Positions 63,381 through 64,000 of a DNA stretch of 64,000 nt are shown in pieces (positions within the stretch are counted from its first letter, which is position 1; each line of letters begins with the position of its first letter). A program made the translations under genes and the position numbers. Origin of the DNA: Mobula hypostoma (Eukaryota); NCBI RefSeq assembly GCF_963921235.1, contig NC_086097.1:80788001-80852000 (forward strand), given 5' to 3'. The notes below the pieces were generated by a model. It did not search any database, was not told the origin of the DNA, and was given only the letters and a program-made list of their open reading frames with translations.

Positions 63381-64000
63381 TCGGTGGTGGGGAAACTGCT
63401 GGAGTCAGTTATCAAGGATGTGATAACAGCACATTTGGAAAGCGGTGAAATGATCGGACAAAGTCAGCATGGATTTGTGAAAGGAAAATCATGTCTGACG
63501 AATCTCATAGAATTTTTTGAGGATGTAACTAGTAGAGTGGATAGGGGAGAACCAGTGAATGTGGAATATTTGGATTTTCAAAAGGCTTTTGACAAGGTTC
63601 CACACAGGAGATTAGTGTGCAAACTTAAAGCACACGGTATTGGGGGTAAGGTATTGATGTGGATAGAGAATTGGTTAGCAGACAGGAAGCAAAGAGTGGG
63701 AATAAAGGGGACCTTTTCAGAATGGCAGGCGGTGACTAGTGGGGTACCGCAAGGCTCAGTGCTGGGACCCCAGTTGTTTACAATATATATTAATGACTTG
63801 GATGAGGGAATTAAATGCAGCATCTCCAAGTTTGCGGATGACATGAAGCTGGGCGGCAGTGTTAGCTGTGAGGAGGATGCTAAGAGGATGCAGGGTGACT
63901 TGGATAGGTTGGGTGAGTGGGCAAATTCATGGCAGATGCAATTTAATGTGGATAAATGTGAAGTTATCCACTTTGGTGGCAAAAATGGGAAAACAGATTA
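63381..64000 (+). mobile_element. Young CR1 RT fragment running off the window, same subfamily as 10128-11870
   Basis: Near-identical reverse complement of ~10900-11515. The shadow ORFs 10911..11315 and 63578..63982 differ at only two residues. Confidence 0.95.

Noticed and set aside
46548..64000. Penultimate FUT8 exon (expected ...RYTENSLRGVILDIHFLS...CTFSSQ)
   Set aside because: Not found by eye or in the ORF track. It probably lies beyond the window, although a short exon could have been missed.

Overview
Repeat-dense vertebrate genomic DNA, most likely from a cartilaginous fish (ray or shark). That assignment is an inference from the HE1-like V-SINEs and the CR1, Rex1/Babar and Penelope repeat landscape. 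The only host gene I can support is the last coding exon and 3' UTR of FUT8 (alpha-1,6-fucosyltransferase) on the minus strand (CDS 46547->46218, polyA signal near 45660). Positions 46548-64000 appear to be its last intron and 1-45600 its downstream flank. The rest is largely nested transposable elements: CR1 and Rex1/Babar LINEs, one L1 3' end, RTE-like elements, V-SINEs, a solo LTR, and Tc1, Tigger, hAT and Harbinger DNA elements. The most interesting signal is a set of short Penelope-like-element (PLE) terminal repeats carrying minimal type-I hammerhead ribozyme motifs (stem I-CUGANGA-stem II-GAAAC-GUC-stem I'). Several are inserted as ~200-250 bp near-perfect hairpins with 12-15 bp target-site duplications (TSDs) and a one-sided ~36 nt tail. 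A second PLE family, encoding GIY-YIG, shows the same architecture. Boundaries of old, degraded repeats are approximate. Family names come from motif recognition by eye, not from a database search.
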